From the sequence record MT782071.1: 64,000 nucleotides of DNA; one strand, written 5' to 3'. Below the pieces are notes generated by a model that saw nothing but the letters and a program-made list of their open reading frames with translations, searched no databases and was not told where the DNA came from. The position numbers were made by a program, and so were the translations under genes. The first letter of the stretch is position 1, and each line of letters opens with the position of its first letter. Source of the stretch: Escherichia phage JN02. This document shows, one piece after another, positions 26,467 to 35,108 of this stretch.

Positions 26467-27048
26467 TTATAACAACCCTGTCAAATCATTCCAATGCTTC
26501 CGGCATAATGACACGTATCTATCGGTATCACCAATTTCAATTTGACTGCCATCTGTAATTGGAAGTCCGTCTTCCGTGACTCTAGCTACCATTGTGGCCT
26601 TTTTACCACAATGACAGACACCTTTAAGTTCAACAAGCTTATCGGCAATAGCCATTAATGCTTGAGAACCTTCAAATAGATTACCTTTAAAATCTGTTCG
26701 TAGTCCATATGCCATTACCGGCACATTGTATACGTCAACAATACGACTAAGTTGATACACCTTTTCAGTAGTTAAGAACTGAGCTTCGTCAACAAATACA
26801 CAATGAATATCCTTTTGTGCCGCAGCCCATTTATAGAATTCAAAGATATCCATGTCTTTTGTAATTATATTGGCGTCCTGACGAATACCAATACGAGAGA
26901 CTATTTCACCTTTTGAATCGCGAGTATCAATAGCCGGTTTAAGAACTAATACACCCATGCCACGTTCTTTATAGTTATGTGCGGCAGTAAGTAATGAAGC
27001 AGACTTACCAGCGTTCATAGCGGCATATGTAAAAATTAAACTAGCCAT
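26467..27048 (-). CDS. tk: Thymidine kinase
   Basis: 193 aa; P-loop AAMNAGKSASLL; C-terminal zinc-binding cysteines; same length as T4 Tk. Confidence 0.93.
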   Translation of the reverse strand: MASLIFTYAAMNAGKSASLLTAAHNYKERGMGVLVLKPAIDTRDSKGEIVSRIGIRQDANIITKDMDIFEFYKWAAAQKDIHCVFVDEAQFLTTEKVYQLSRIVDVYNVPVMAYGLRTDFKGNLFEGSQALMAIADKLVELKGVCHCGKKATMVARVTEDGLPITDGSQIEIGDTDRYVSLCRKHWNDLTGLL

Positions 27049-27057
27049 AAGAGTCCC

Positions 27058-27240
27058 TTATAGTGAATTCACGTAGTCAATGAGTTCTTGTTCTTTCCTG
27101 TCAAATGATTCCATCAATGCTTGATATTCTTCATCTGTTAAAGGAGCATATTCATCGTACGCATTGGTGGCTGCTTGCTCATCCAATAGGTCATGAATAA
27201 GTTCAAACAGTTTAGCTTTCTCTTCTTTAGTTAATTTCAT
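27058..27240 (-). CDS. Hypothetical protein (60 aa, acidic)
   Basis: Track ORF. Confidence 0.55.
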   Translation of the reverse strand: MKLTKEEKAKLFELIHDLLDEQAATNAYDEYAPLTDEEYQALMESFDRKEQELIDYVNSL

Positions 27241-27464
27241 TTAGGTTCACCTTCTTTAACGAAATCTGGGTAAGGGTAAAATCCTGAGTAAAACCCTTCA
27301 CCTTTATGATTGCTACAACCTTTGTTCGAACAGTAACACCAATAATCAAAATCACAAGCCATTTCGTCATTGCATAAAGCAAAAACTACAGGCCATTCGC
27401 ATTTTTCGCATTTAGCACCTGTAAGAATTTTTGTTTGACTCATAGCCATGTCACCTTTAAGCAA
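27237..27464 (-). CDS. Cys-rich small protein (putative zinc-binding)
   Basis: 75 aa with CEKCEW...C...C.C...C..H pattern. Confidence 0.55.
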   Translation of the reverse strand: MLKGDMAMSQTKILTGAKCEKCEWPVVFALCNDEMACDFDYWCYCSNKGCSNHKGEGFYSGFYPYPDFVKEGEPK

Positions 27465-27652
27465 TATTCTTCTACATGTTGTTTACGGCCTTTCTTATCA
27501 ATAAAGGTATATTCAACGAATGTTCCGATGTAGTCTTTATCTACATCATGTGGACTATTAATTGGACATTTGGTACGACAAATGCGTTCCCATTGACGAA
27601 TAATTACTGCCTTATTCTTTGGGTCATATGGATGTGGATAATGTATATTCAT
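27440..27652 (-). CDS. Hypothetical protein
   Basis: Track ORF 27440..27667; internal ATG (MNIHYPHPYD...) abuts the upstream gene stop. Confidence 0.5.
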   Translation of the reverse strand: MNIHYPHPYDPKNKAVIIRQWERICRTKCPINSPHDVDKDYIGTFVEYTFIDKKGRKQHVEEYCLKVTWL

Positions 27653-28146
27653 AATAATGGTTCCCAATCAACAATCACAATTTCTAGTTTAGTGGAATAC
27701 GTATCTAAAATCTCTTCGATGACATCCCAGTTTCCACCACCAATACCTGCACCAATTCTTGGCATATAAATTACAGGCTTTGTTATCTTATTCTTTCCGA
27801 ATTCATTTAATTCTATTATACAATTCATTAAAGCAGAGTACTCAAAATTAGGTCCCGGCTCAAACTGCGTATAAAGATTAAAGCAATAAGCTTTATGGGT
27901 CTTAAAATATTTTTCATAAACCGAATAAGTCCCGAGTTTAGACTCGTCTCCGAATTCGGTTTGAAGTTTATCAGCTTCCAGAATTTTTGGATAAGCCTTT
28001 GCTAATTGTCCTGCCACACCGGCGCCCATTGTATGAAAACAATTACACCCATGAGCGATATTATTACCTTTAGAAAACAGGGCGACAATATCGCCCTTGA
28101 TATAGTTTTTAATCACTTGCTGCAAGTCCTCTATTATAAGAGTCAA
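27649..28146 (-). CDS. Macro-domain (ADP-ribose binding/processing) protein
   Basis: 165 aa; GNNIAHGCNCFHTMGAGVAGQL and PRIGAGIGGGNW resemble the two Gly-rich ADP-ribose-binding loops of macro domains. Confidence 0.65.
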   Translation of the reverse strand: MTLIIEDLQQVIKNYIKGDIVALFSKGNNIAHGCNCFHTMGAGVAGQLAKAYPKILEADKLQTEFGDESKLGTYSVYEKYFKTHKAYCFNLYTQFEPGPNFEYSALMNCIIELNEFGKNKITKPVIYMPRIGAGIGGGNWDVIEEILDTYSTKLEIVIVDWEPLL

Positions 28147-28456
28147 CTAGACGGTCCACCATAGAATTGCATGCTGCCTTATCTTTAGGTTCCGCCACCG
28201 AGCATTCTAATATTTGCCATTTTTTATAGTATCTTTTAATTAAGGTAGACGCCTTGAACCTACTAGACGCCCCATCTTTTTCTCCGTCTTTATACGCATA
28301 TAACAATTTTTGTGAAAAATCTACTTTACACTCTTGACTTTGACCACAATAATCAGACGCCGTTCTGTTTGTATACTCCGTTATATCAGTGTATGTAGTA
28401 TTAGCAAGAGCGTTAAATGAAACCAAGCCAACTATTAAAGCCAACATTTTGGTCAT
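28109..28456 (-). CDS. Secreted Cys-containing protein (115 aa)
   Basis: Signal-peptide-like N-terminus MTKMLALIVGLVSFNALA; four Cys; occupies the vs position of T4 but identity not established. Confidence 0.5.
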   Translation of the reverse strand: MTKMLALIVGLVSFNALANTTYTDITEYTNRTASDYCGQSQECKVDFSQKLLYAYKDGEKDGASSRFKASTLIKRYYKKWQILECSVAEPKDKAACNSMVDRLVDSYNRGLAASD

Positions 28457-28995
28457 TCTTTTATTTCCAGTAGTTTATTTGATTTAAGGTAATTGGCCTT
28501 TTCTAGGACTTCAGAAGCATATTTACTTCCAGCACTTGTCTTCCATCCCGCATTATATGAGGATATAGCTTTTCTTATATCCCCATTATGTATATTTAAC
28601 CAATAAGAAAATTCGATATAAGCCCATCTAGCTGAATTAGACCGCTTAGATAGCATTTTCTTAATTTGGGCATCAGTCATATTATAACCAAGCTGGTTAA
28701 TTCGTGCCCTCATTGTTGGTAGATAATTTTGGAACATTCCATACGCATGGTGACCTTTCTTATCTTTAAGATTAATACCGGCAGATGATTCCTGCCATAG
28801 TATTGCGGCCATTATGTACCCAAGTCCTTTCTTATGCATATTTTCATGCGTTTTAAATTTTCCGTCCTTAGAAAACTGTTCCCCAAACTGATAAGCATAA
28901 TTCAAGTTATCGAGTTGGACATTACTAAAAGTATGCTCGGAGCTATGTGCTGATAATGAAAGAGCAAATAGACCAGCGAGTAGTGCTTTTCTCAT
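28453..28995 (-). CDS. Lytic transglycosylase-like (SLT-domain) protein with signal peptide
   Basis: 180 aa; signal-like MRKALLAGLFALSLSAHS; ILWQESSAG...GMFQ resembles the SLT catalytic E-S...G[LM][MF]Q motif. Confidence 0.6.
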   Translation of the reverse strand: MRKALLAGLFALSLSAHSSEHTFSNVQLDNLNYAYQFGEQFSKDGKFKTHENMHKKGLGYIMAAILWQESSAGINLKDKKGHHAYGMFQNYLPTMRARINQLGYNMTDAQIKKMLSKRSNSARWAYIEFSYWLNIHNGDIRKAISSYNAGWKTSAGSKYASEVLEKANYLKSNKLLEIKE

Positions 28996-29003
28996 GTTTA
29001 CCT

Positions 29004-29462
29004 CTAGATTTTAATCACTGCTTTAGAAGCTTTTCCTGGTAGTCGTTTACTGTTAATAATAGCCATTCTGCATTGAAGAGTCTTCATTTTGAATGCTGGA
29101 TTTTCGCGACAGACTGTGAGTCCTAACCAAAGATTTCCATCAGTTATTTCTAAACGGCCTGGGCGATATTCGACGCCTTCGACAAAATCTTCATCAACAT
29201 CTGGACGTGCCGGCATTGATAAAAATTCTGCAACTTCTTTAACATGATTTTTTACTTTACGAAATAATTCAAAAACGTAGTTCTCATCTATTTCTCTCTG
29301 GATGGCACGATCTAAGAGATGTTGAGAATACTTGATATGAAAGCCTGGTAGTCCAAGAGACTTTGCAGCATCTTTTATACCGGCATTTATTTTGCGGAAC
29401 TCCGTTTCAAAGATTCGACGGAGTTTATTACGGCGGATAAAAACGTCTGAATTGATAGTCAT
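29004..29462 (-). CDS. regB: Endoribonuclease RegB
   Basis: 152 aa; MTINSDVFIRRNKLRR...CRMAIINSKRLPGKASKAVIK, about 80 percent identical to T4 RegB as recalled. Confidence 0.9.
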   Translation of the reverse strand: MTINSDVFIRRNKLRRIFETEFRKINAGIKDAAKSLGLPGFHIKYSQHLLDRAIQREIDENYVFELFRKVKNHVKEVAEFLSMPARPDVDEDFVEGVEYRPGRLEITDGNLWLGLTVCRENPAFKMKTLQCRMAIINSKRLPGKASKAVIKI

Positions 29463-29518
29463 TTTGATTTCTCCTCTAGTTGACAGGTCTATAGTAACAC
29501 AACTAGAGGAGAAGTAAA

Positions 29519-29818
29519 CTACTCTTTGAAAGGAATTAACTTTTTAACTGCTTTAGATACTTCGTCACGAACCTGGTGGAAGTTCTTGAGCTGTTCAAGG
29601 CGTTGTTCGTAATACGCAATCTCATCTTCTTCAAGACAATCGTCAGCGTCTTCTTTCAGATATGCCTTGTACTCATTAAAGAGGGCCCATAGGCGATTCT
29701 CAAAGTCATCAAGGCTTTGAATTTTCTTGTGCTTCGGAACAAGGCCAAAAGGATTGCTTTCAGTTATGCGTCGAGATGCTTCATAATGAGTTCCAAAGCC
29801 TGATAGGATTTGAGCCAT
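29519..29818 (-). CDS. Hypothetical protein (vs.3 position)
   Basis: Track ORF 29519..29860; internal ATG at 29818 overlaps the upstream stop. Confidence 0.5.
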   Translation of the reverse strand: MAQILSGFGTHYEASRRITESNPFGLVPKHKKIQSLDDFENRLWALFNEYKAYLKEDADDCLEEDEIAYYEQRLEQLKNFHQVRDEVSKAVKKLIPFKE

Positions 29819-30063
29819 TAGTATTTTTCCTCTGGTTGAAATACCGCACGACAAGCCCACATACTAGCTTCCTTTAGGCGTTCTTTAGCACAGTTCAATT
29901 GGGACAAAGCCATCAGAGCTTCAGGAGTATTTGCTGATAATGCTTCTTCTGCCAGGGCGTCTAGAATAAGTCCTAAACGAACTTCAGCATCTTTAATAGC
30001 GTTCACTTTACCGATTTTATCATCGGTATGCGGCTTGTAGCCTTTGATGTCTTCAATCGACAT
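29818..30063 (-). CDS. Putative Acb2-like (Vs.4-position) small helical protein
   Basis: Track ORF 29818..30231; internal ATG at 30063 gives 81 aa ([31 protein letters not shown]...). Assignment is by position relative to regB and the GrcA-like gene, where T4 carries vs.4; sequence not verified. Confidence 0.4.
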   Translation of the reverse strand: MSIEDIKGYKPHTDDKIGKVNAIKDAEVRLGLILDALAEEALSANTPEALMALSQLNCAKERLKEASMWACRAVFQPEEKY

Positions 30064-30277
30064 AAGGAATTTCCTCATCGGTGGCAAGGTCATATTCGAC
30101 CAATTGGATAGGCTCATTAATACCATATCCGCGTACAGTGATATCAGTTGACGGATATTTTCCAGTAATATCACCCGTTCTAAATGCTTCAATGAATGAT
30201 TGCTCGCCTGAGCAACTAAACCAGGCGGCAAAACATTTTAAAACATCTTCAGACCCTTCTATAATCAATTTAGCCAT
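30053..30277 (-). CDS. Hypothetical protein (vs.5 position)
   Basis: 74-aa track ORF. Confidence 0.55.
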   Translation of the reverse strand: MAKLIIEGSEDVLKCFAAWFSCSGEQSFIEAFRTGDITGKYPSTDITVRGYGINEPIQLVEYDLATDEEIPYVD

Positions 30278-30639
30278 TATAGACTCTCAGTAAAGGTACG
30301 AGCGATAACGTCGCGTTGCTGTTCCGGAGTCAGAGAGTTAAAGCGAACTGCATAACCGGATACACGGATGGTCAGCTGCGGATATTTTTCTGGATGCTTA
30401 ACTGCATCTTCCAGAGTTTCGCGACGCAGAACGTTAACGTTCAGGTGTTGACCGCCTTCAATTTTAACTTTAGGTTGATGTTCAATTTCAATTTCACGGG
30501 CATTCAAACCGTAGAAAATTTCTGGGTCTACAATAGCGTCTTCTTTAAAAGTCTTAGAGACAATAATCCGGGCTTGAGTACCGTCTTCAAAATAAATAGT
30601 GCCTTTATGTGCACCTTCAAGAATTTGATATACTTTCAT
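30277..30639 (-). CDS. Autonomous glycyl-radical cofactor (GrcA/YfiD-like; T4 Y06I-like)
   Basis: 120 aa; C-terminal [60 protein letters not shown] contains the RVSGY glycyl-radical motif and looks essentially identical to the E. coli GrcA C-terminus as I recall it. Confidence 0.85.
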   Translation of the reverse strand: MKVYQILEGAHKGTIYFEDGTQARIIVSKTFKEDAIVDPEIFYGLNAREIEIEHQPKVKIEGGQHLNVNVLRRETLEDAVKHPEKYPQLTIRVSGYAVRFNSLTPEQQRDVIARTFTESL

Positions 30640-30645
30640 ATAACC

Positions 30646-30954
30646 TCAATTAGAAAATAAATTTATCCAAGTTTTTTCTTTAATCAAAAATGGGTCGGAA
30701 TTAAACGCCATTAAACTTTGAGTGATTAATCCCTTAAATGGCCCATCAATAAATTCCATTTTGAAATGCGGAATACTAGTCATTAACCGTGTATTAGGAG
30801 CAGTACAAAGAACATGCTGCCCTGCGAACGGACCTTTAGTCAAACGATATCGTTTAGGTTTAAAATGGTAGATCTCGTAATTTTCTACAAGAGCCCTTTT
30901 ATTGCATACTGGGCTGTTATAACAATACTCAAAAACTTCAATAGTGGTCATCAT
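30646..30954 (-). CDS. Hypothetical protein
   Basis: Track ORF 30646..31002; internal ATG gives an ATGA overlap with the upstream stop. Confidence 0.5.
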   Translation of the reverse strand: MMTTIEVFEYCYNSPVCNKRALVENYEIYHFKPKRYRLTKGPFAGQHVLCTAPNTRLMTSIPHFKMEFIDGPFKGLITQSLMAFNSDPFLIKEKTWINLFSN

Positions 30955-31490
30955 TGCATTCCAATCACAAAAAATTGAGGACGAGCAATACCGCCGATGC
31001 AATATTTGCTTTTGCAGCAGTACTGTACTGATTTAATATGGACATTGTAAATCTTATCCATATCAGGAGCTTTAATAGGCTCGTCAATTATATACAGAAT
31101 ACGAGAAAGCGTTAATCCACGGAATTTAGAACCTTCATTGCCAATAAAACTACGGACAGAATCAGTAAATAAACGGAATCGAATATCGTCGCTAGAATAA
31201 CGTGAAAATTCTTTTTCAATGTTGCCAGCAGAAATTTTAGCATAAGCTGAAGTATTAGAAAGAACAATAACTGTTCCACCGTCATACAGCCAATTAGCAG
31301 CAAAGTTAGTCACAGCAATTGATTTACCTGATTGTCTGCCACCGTCTAAACGAAGTGTACAGTACTGCTTGAGTACGTCTTCAAATGGTGGGACATAACC
31401 GTTCTTACAAATTTCTTCTACTCTAGCATCAGAATGGTGTGTAAAAGCATTCATCAGGGATAGATAAGGTCCGGTTAAAAATGTTCTCAT
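30951..31490 (-). CDS. P-loop NTPase-like protein (179 aa)
   Basis: Track ORF 30951..31526; ATG at 31490; Walker A-like LDGGRQSGKS. Confidence 0.55.
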   Translation of the reverse strand: MRTFLTGPYLSLMNAFTHHSDARVEEICKNGYVPPFEDVLKQYCTLRLDGGRQSGKSIAVTNFAANWLYDGGTVIVLSNTSAYAKISAGNIEKEFSRYSSDDIRFRLFTDSVRSFIGNEGSKFRGLTLSRILYIIDEPIKAPDMDKIYNVHIKSVQYCCKSKYCIGGIARPQFFVIGMQ

Positions 31491-31662
31491 ATTATTTCTC
31501 TTAAGGTTTGGGCCATTCCGTGGCACATGTTATGTCCTTCGACTCGCTATGTAAACCCATTACCGCATTGCGCTCGACCTTATTACAGGTTGGAAAAGGT
31601 ACATCACTCAGAGGACTCGACGTTCATGAGGAGAGGTTGCGTTTCCCTTTATTAGGCAAGAA

Positions 31663-31992
31663 TTATACTCTAGGCTTTTGAGCTTGTTTGGTATTGGATT
31701 CCCATGCGGCTTTGGTAATTTTGTTAGCGGCATAACCAAAGGCATTAGATAGAACACCTTTAGAGTTGAATACATCCAATCCAATAAGTACACCGGCTGT
31801 GTTAAATTTAGGAGCAAAGTACGCATTAGTTTTAGAAAGAGCTTTTTTCAATTCAGGGTCTTGAACCAAGCCATCAAAAATGCCTTTACTATTTACTTTA
31901 TATGTTACTTTGGGATTTTTACCTTCTTCGATAGCAGCTTTCTGTTCCGCAGATAATGTAACTTCAGTGATAAACTCTTGATATGTTTTCAT
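31663..31992 (-). CDS. Internal protein (capsid-targeted), 109 aa
   Basis: N-terminus MKTYQEFITE matches the T4 internal-protein capsid-targeting sequence (MKTYQEFIAE). Confidence 0.7.
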   Translation of the reverse strand: MKTYQEFITEVTLSAEQKAAIEEGKNPKVTYKVNSKGIFDGLVQDPELKKALSKTNAYFAPKFNTAGVLIGLDVFNSKGVLSNAFGYAANKITKAAWESNTKQAQKPRV

Positions 31993-32017
31993 TTTGTTCC
32001 TATTGTTTTAATTTATG

Positions 32018-32332
32018 TTATTCTTTAGGGAAGTTTTTAGAGTATGCATCATAAAGTTTATTACCAATACGGCGGAAGACTTTAGCTGCAAAACGGTTTT
32101 CAGGGTTTTTAATCATGATTTGCATCATGTAAGTTCCTGCATCCGAAAGAGCTTCTTCATAGTACCCGTTAATTTCTTTAAGAGTCCTACGTTTACCACC
32201 AGGACCATCAACAGTAATTTTCCATTTACCTGTAGAAGTGCGGCTCGGTGGCTCAACTTGTTCAATCCAAATATAACCACCTTCAACGCGTTGGTTGGCG
32301 GATTCTGCAATAAATTCTTTATACGTTTTCAT
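32018..32332 (-). CDS. Internal protein (capsid-targeted), 104 aa
   Basis: N-terminus MKTYKEFIAE; own early promoter upstream. Confidence 0.7.
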   Translation of the reverse strand: MKTYKEFIAESANQRVEGGYIWIEQVEPPSRTSTGKWKITVDGPGGKRRTLKEINGYYEEALSDAGTYMMQIMIKNPENRFAAKVFRRIGNKLYDAYSKNFPKE

Positions 32333-32362
32333 TTTTGTTTCCTTGTTTGTTTTGATAGAGTA

Positions 32363-32392
32363 ATTATACCATATTAATACTTAAGCGTAAAC
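32363..32392 (-). promoter_or_regulatory. T4-type early promoter
   Basis: Minus strand GTTTAC, 17 nt, TATAAT; upstream of the internal-protein gene ATG at 32332. Confidence 0.6.
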
Positions 32393-32395
32393 AAT

Positions 32396-32656
32396 TTAAG
32401 CTTTACCGCCAGAAATAATTCCGAAGTTGTTAAAATCGTATCCAATATCGTCAACATCTACTTTAGGGCTTGCTACAACATAAGCAATTTCACTACGTTT
32501 TGCATAGGTGTTGATTTCTTTACCATCGCCACCTAAGAAAAAATACCCATTACGTTTTAATGAGCCAAAGTCTTCCGCATCACCAATGAAAGCTTTAACT
32601 TTAAATTTAGGACCTTTGGCATCTGCTTCAGCGATAAATTCTTGATACATTTTCAT
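32396..32656 (-). CDS. Internal protein (capsid-targeted), 86 aa
   Basis: N-terminus MKMYQEFIAE. Confidence 0.7.
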   Translation of the reverse strand: MKMYQEFIAEADAKGPKFKVKAFIGDAEDFGSLKRNGYFFLGGDGKEINTYAKRSEIAYVVASPKVDVDDIGYDFNNFGIISGGKA

Positions 32657-32662
32657 TTTTCC

Positions 32663-33076
32663 TTAGTAAATTGATTTACCATAGTATTTGTACCAAGTAG
32701 GACGTTGAGCAATTTTTTCATCTAAGCGAGCTTGACTTATCGCAATGGATGCTTCGGACGGGACATAATTATTACGAAATTCTGCAGGGATGTCGGAAAT
32801 ATCCTGGACAGTCGTGTCCTTGATTTTGAAACCACGTTTCACGCATTCAGCGATTAGCTCGATTTGACGTAAACGTAAAAATTCGAGTTTGTCGTAAAAG
32901 AATGTTACGTGACCTGTGCCTAAGATAAATGTTGGAGAGATTTTAAAATCCTTTACACGTTTACCGTTTTGAACATGTTTACGGACTGCACCAAATACGC
33001 GTGGTAATTCACGATACTCAGCCATAAGATGTTGGTCGGTCAGTTCAGAAACAAGTGTTAAATTGATACGAGTCAT
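32663..33076 (-). CDS. denV: Endonuclease V (pyrimidine-dimer DNA glycosylase) DenV
   Basis: Track ORF 32663..33088; from M5 reads [34 protein letters not shown]...[14 protein letters not shown], about 88 percent identical to T4 DenV as recalled. Confidence 0.93.
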   Translation of the reverse strand: MTRINLTLVSELTDQHLMAEYRELPRVFGAVRKHVQNGKRVKDFKISPTFILGTGHVTFFYDKLEFLRLRQIELIAECVKRGFKIKDTTVQDISDIPAEFRNNYVPSEASIAISQARLDEKIAQRPTWYKYYGKSIY

Positions 33077-33134
33077 AATTTCCTCCAAGTAGTTGATGAA
33101 TGTATAGTATCAAAGTCCTTGGAGGAAGTAAACA

Positions 33135-33416
33135 CTATTTTTCTGAAGCTCCTGAAATATATTTTTCAAGACGTTGTTTCATCAGCGAGCCGTTCTTAGC
33201 GATTTCTTCCGGTTTATCGCACATACGTAACAAGGCTTCAAGCTTAGCGATATCGCTGGTACGTTCAAATTTGCGAGTATCTATCTTACTAGCAAGTTCA
33301 GAAATACGTGCTAATAGACTTTCGGCTTCAACCAAAGCTGCACCTAGCTTAGTTGCAAATGTGTCAGTAGCTTCGTTAAGAATAGATTCTGATAAAAATT
33401 CACTATATGTTTTCAT
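33135..33416 (-). CDS. Internal protein (capsid-targeted), 93 aa
   Basis: Track ORF 33135..33431; from M6 reads [11 protein letters not shown]...; abuts the stop of e. Confidence 0.65.
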   Translation of the reverse strand: MKTYSEFLSESILNEATDTFATKLGAALVEAESLLARISELASKIDTRKFERTSDIAKLEALLRMCDKPEEIAKNGSLMKQRLEKYISGASEK

Positions 33417-33901
33417 ATATACGCTTTCCAAGTTCCTGTTTTAAATGTTGAGATTACGCGTTTCGCGCGATTAGGTGTCTGACGATACCATTTAGATTGG
33501 GCTAGATTTACTGCCGCTTCATCCCAACGTTTCTGTTGAAGCATACGAAGAGAATTAGTAAAACCAGCGACGCCTGCTACACCCATTTGGAAGACCATAT
33601 TGACCAATGCACATCGACGAACAGCATCTAAAGAATCATATACCGGTTTAAGTTTAGCATTACCTAAGATTCCGCGAACGGCTTTATCAACGTCTTCATT
33701 AAATAGCTTTTCAGCCTCATCAAGGGTAATTGTACCGTTGCATTTACGGCCGATCATTCTGTCAAGTTCAGCTTTAGCTACGGCTAAAGACGGGTTCTTT
33801 GTTACTAAATGGCCTATGCCAATCGTCCAAAAGCCTTCAGTGTCTTTGTATAAAGTCAGTCTAAGACCTTCGTCATTACGAAGCATTTCAAATATATTCA
33901 T
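33413..33901 (-). CDS. e: Endolysin (T4 lysozyme)
   Basis: Track ORF 33413..33913; from M5 reads [32 protein letters not shown]..., about 85 percent identical to T4 lysozyme; catalytic E11/D20/T26 context conserved. Confidence 0.95.
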   Translation of the reverse strand: MNIFEMLRNDEGLRLTLYKDTEGFWTIGIGHLVTKNPSLAVAKAELDRMIGRKCNGTITLDEAEKLFNEDVDKAVRGILGNAKLKPVYDSLDAVRRCALVNMVFQMGVAGVAGFTNSLRMLQQKRWDEAAVNLAQSKWYRQTPNRAKRVISTFKTGTWKAYI

Positions 33902-33935
33902 AATACCTCCCACGTTTATAGGAGGTATTTATTAC

Positions 33936-34394
33936 TTATAGGATGGTAGTGAGCACCTTATATAATGATTTGCCCATTACATATTCCCATTGAGAAGGTT
34001 TAATTAAAGCGAATGCATCAAATTCAGGAATCTGTCGTCCGTCTGGGAATGTATGATAGGAATTACAAACACTGTTTCTGAATTGCTCGTGCTCTACAGG
34101 GATGGTATATAGGAACAGATGAATATTCTTATTGTCTGAGTAATGATGTTCACCTAGGTCTTTCAGGAAGGCAGGGTCGTATTGTGTAAACCCAGTTTCT
34201 TCTTCGCATTCACGAATAGCGGCTTCGATAGGAGATTCACCAGGCTCGACACGACCTTTAGGAATATCCCACCGATGAGCTAAAGAACCTTTAGGACGAG
34301 AACCAGTTACACGCCCCATGAATAATTCTTTATCTTCGGTAAGGAAAATAATACCGGCTGATAGTTCTTTCACTTTATTTTTCTTACTCATCAT
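33936..34394 (-). CDS. nudE: Nudix hydrolase NudE
   Basis: 152 aa; Nudix box GRVEPGESPIEAAIRECEEETG; position immediately upstream of e as in T4 (e.1). Confidence 0.85.
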   Translation of the reverse strand: MMSKKNKVKELSAGIIFLTEDKELFMGRVTGSRPKGSLAHRWDIPKGRVEPGESPIEAAIRECEEETGFTQYDPAFLKDLGEHHYSDNKNIHLFLYTIPVEHEQFRNSVCNSYHTFPDGRQIPEFDAFALIKPSQWEYVMGKSLYKVLTTIL

Positions 34395-34620
34395 CTCGGT
34401 CCCATGATTTGGCCATTAATTCGGACATAAATTCTTCAATGCGCGTTTCTTTAGATGGACTTTCACTATTAGAGACCGCAAGTTTGTAATCTGCAATAGG
34501 ACAGAACATATCAAGGTCCATATTAAGGTCGTCTTTGATTTTTTCTTCTGACACATCTTTATCGTATGTGTACAGATAGCTATCACATGATTCTGATTTA
34601 ATGTAAATTGCTATACTCAT
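34384..34620 (-). CDS. Hypothetical protein
   Basis: Track ORF 34384..34635; ATG at 34620 overlaps the upstream stop (ATGA). Confidence 0.5.
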   Translation of the reverse strand: MSIAIYIKSESCDSYLYTYDKDVSEEKIKDDLNMDLDMFCPIADYKLAVSNSESPSKETRIEEFMSELMAKSWDRDDE

Positions 34621-35108
34621 CTCAAATTCCTGCATTCGGTAATAAAACGTTCAACTTCATTATTCTTGGCTTTTATCTTGTCTTTACGTTCCTGTAAACT
34701 ACTTTTAACAAGATTAATAATGATGCCTATAGTACCTCCACCAATAATACCACCAACAACACTTATGATACTAGATGCTAATAAGATAGCAATAATATCA
34801 ACAAAACCGAAAGAACTCACCTTAGTACTGAAAAACCATACCGACGGTACAAATATAATCCATCCTGTTATCCATTGGCACTTATTGAAAAACTTTTCAA
34901 GCTCAGCTTGAGTTGTTCGTATTACTTCATCGATAGGTTGATATCCATTAATGTATCTGTTCACGATAATACCTGCTGGCTGGTCGATTTTAAATTCTTG
35001 ACAAATATGTTTCACTAAGTAGGATGGACATCCTGTCCAATCTACTGAATAGTATGAAATACCTTCATTGCCATCGTCTATATTAGACCAATATGTTTTG
35101 TTAATCAT
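34617..35108 (-). CDS. Membrane protein, FI[KT]ECR C-terminal family
   Basis: 163 aa; TM-like segments (WIIFVPSVWFF; IIAILLASSIISVVGGIIGGGTIGIIINLV); C-terminus NEVERFITECRNLR. Confidence 0.6.
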   Translation of the reverse strand: MINKTYWSNIDDGNEGISYYSVDWTGCPSYLVKHICQEFKIDQPAGIIVNRYINGYQPIDEVIRTTQAELEKFFNKCQWITGWIIFVPSVWFFSTKVSSFGFVDIIAILLASSIISVVGGIIGGGTIGIIINLVKSSLQERKDKIKAKNNEVERFITECRNLR

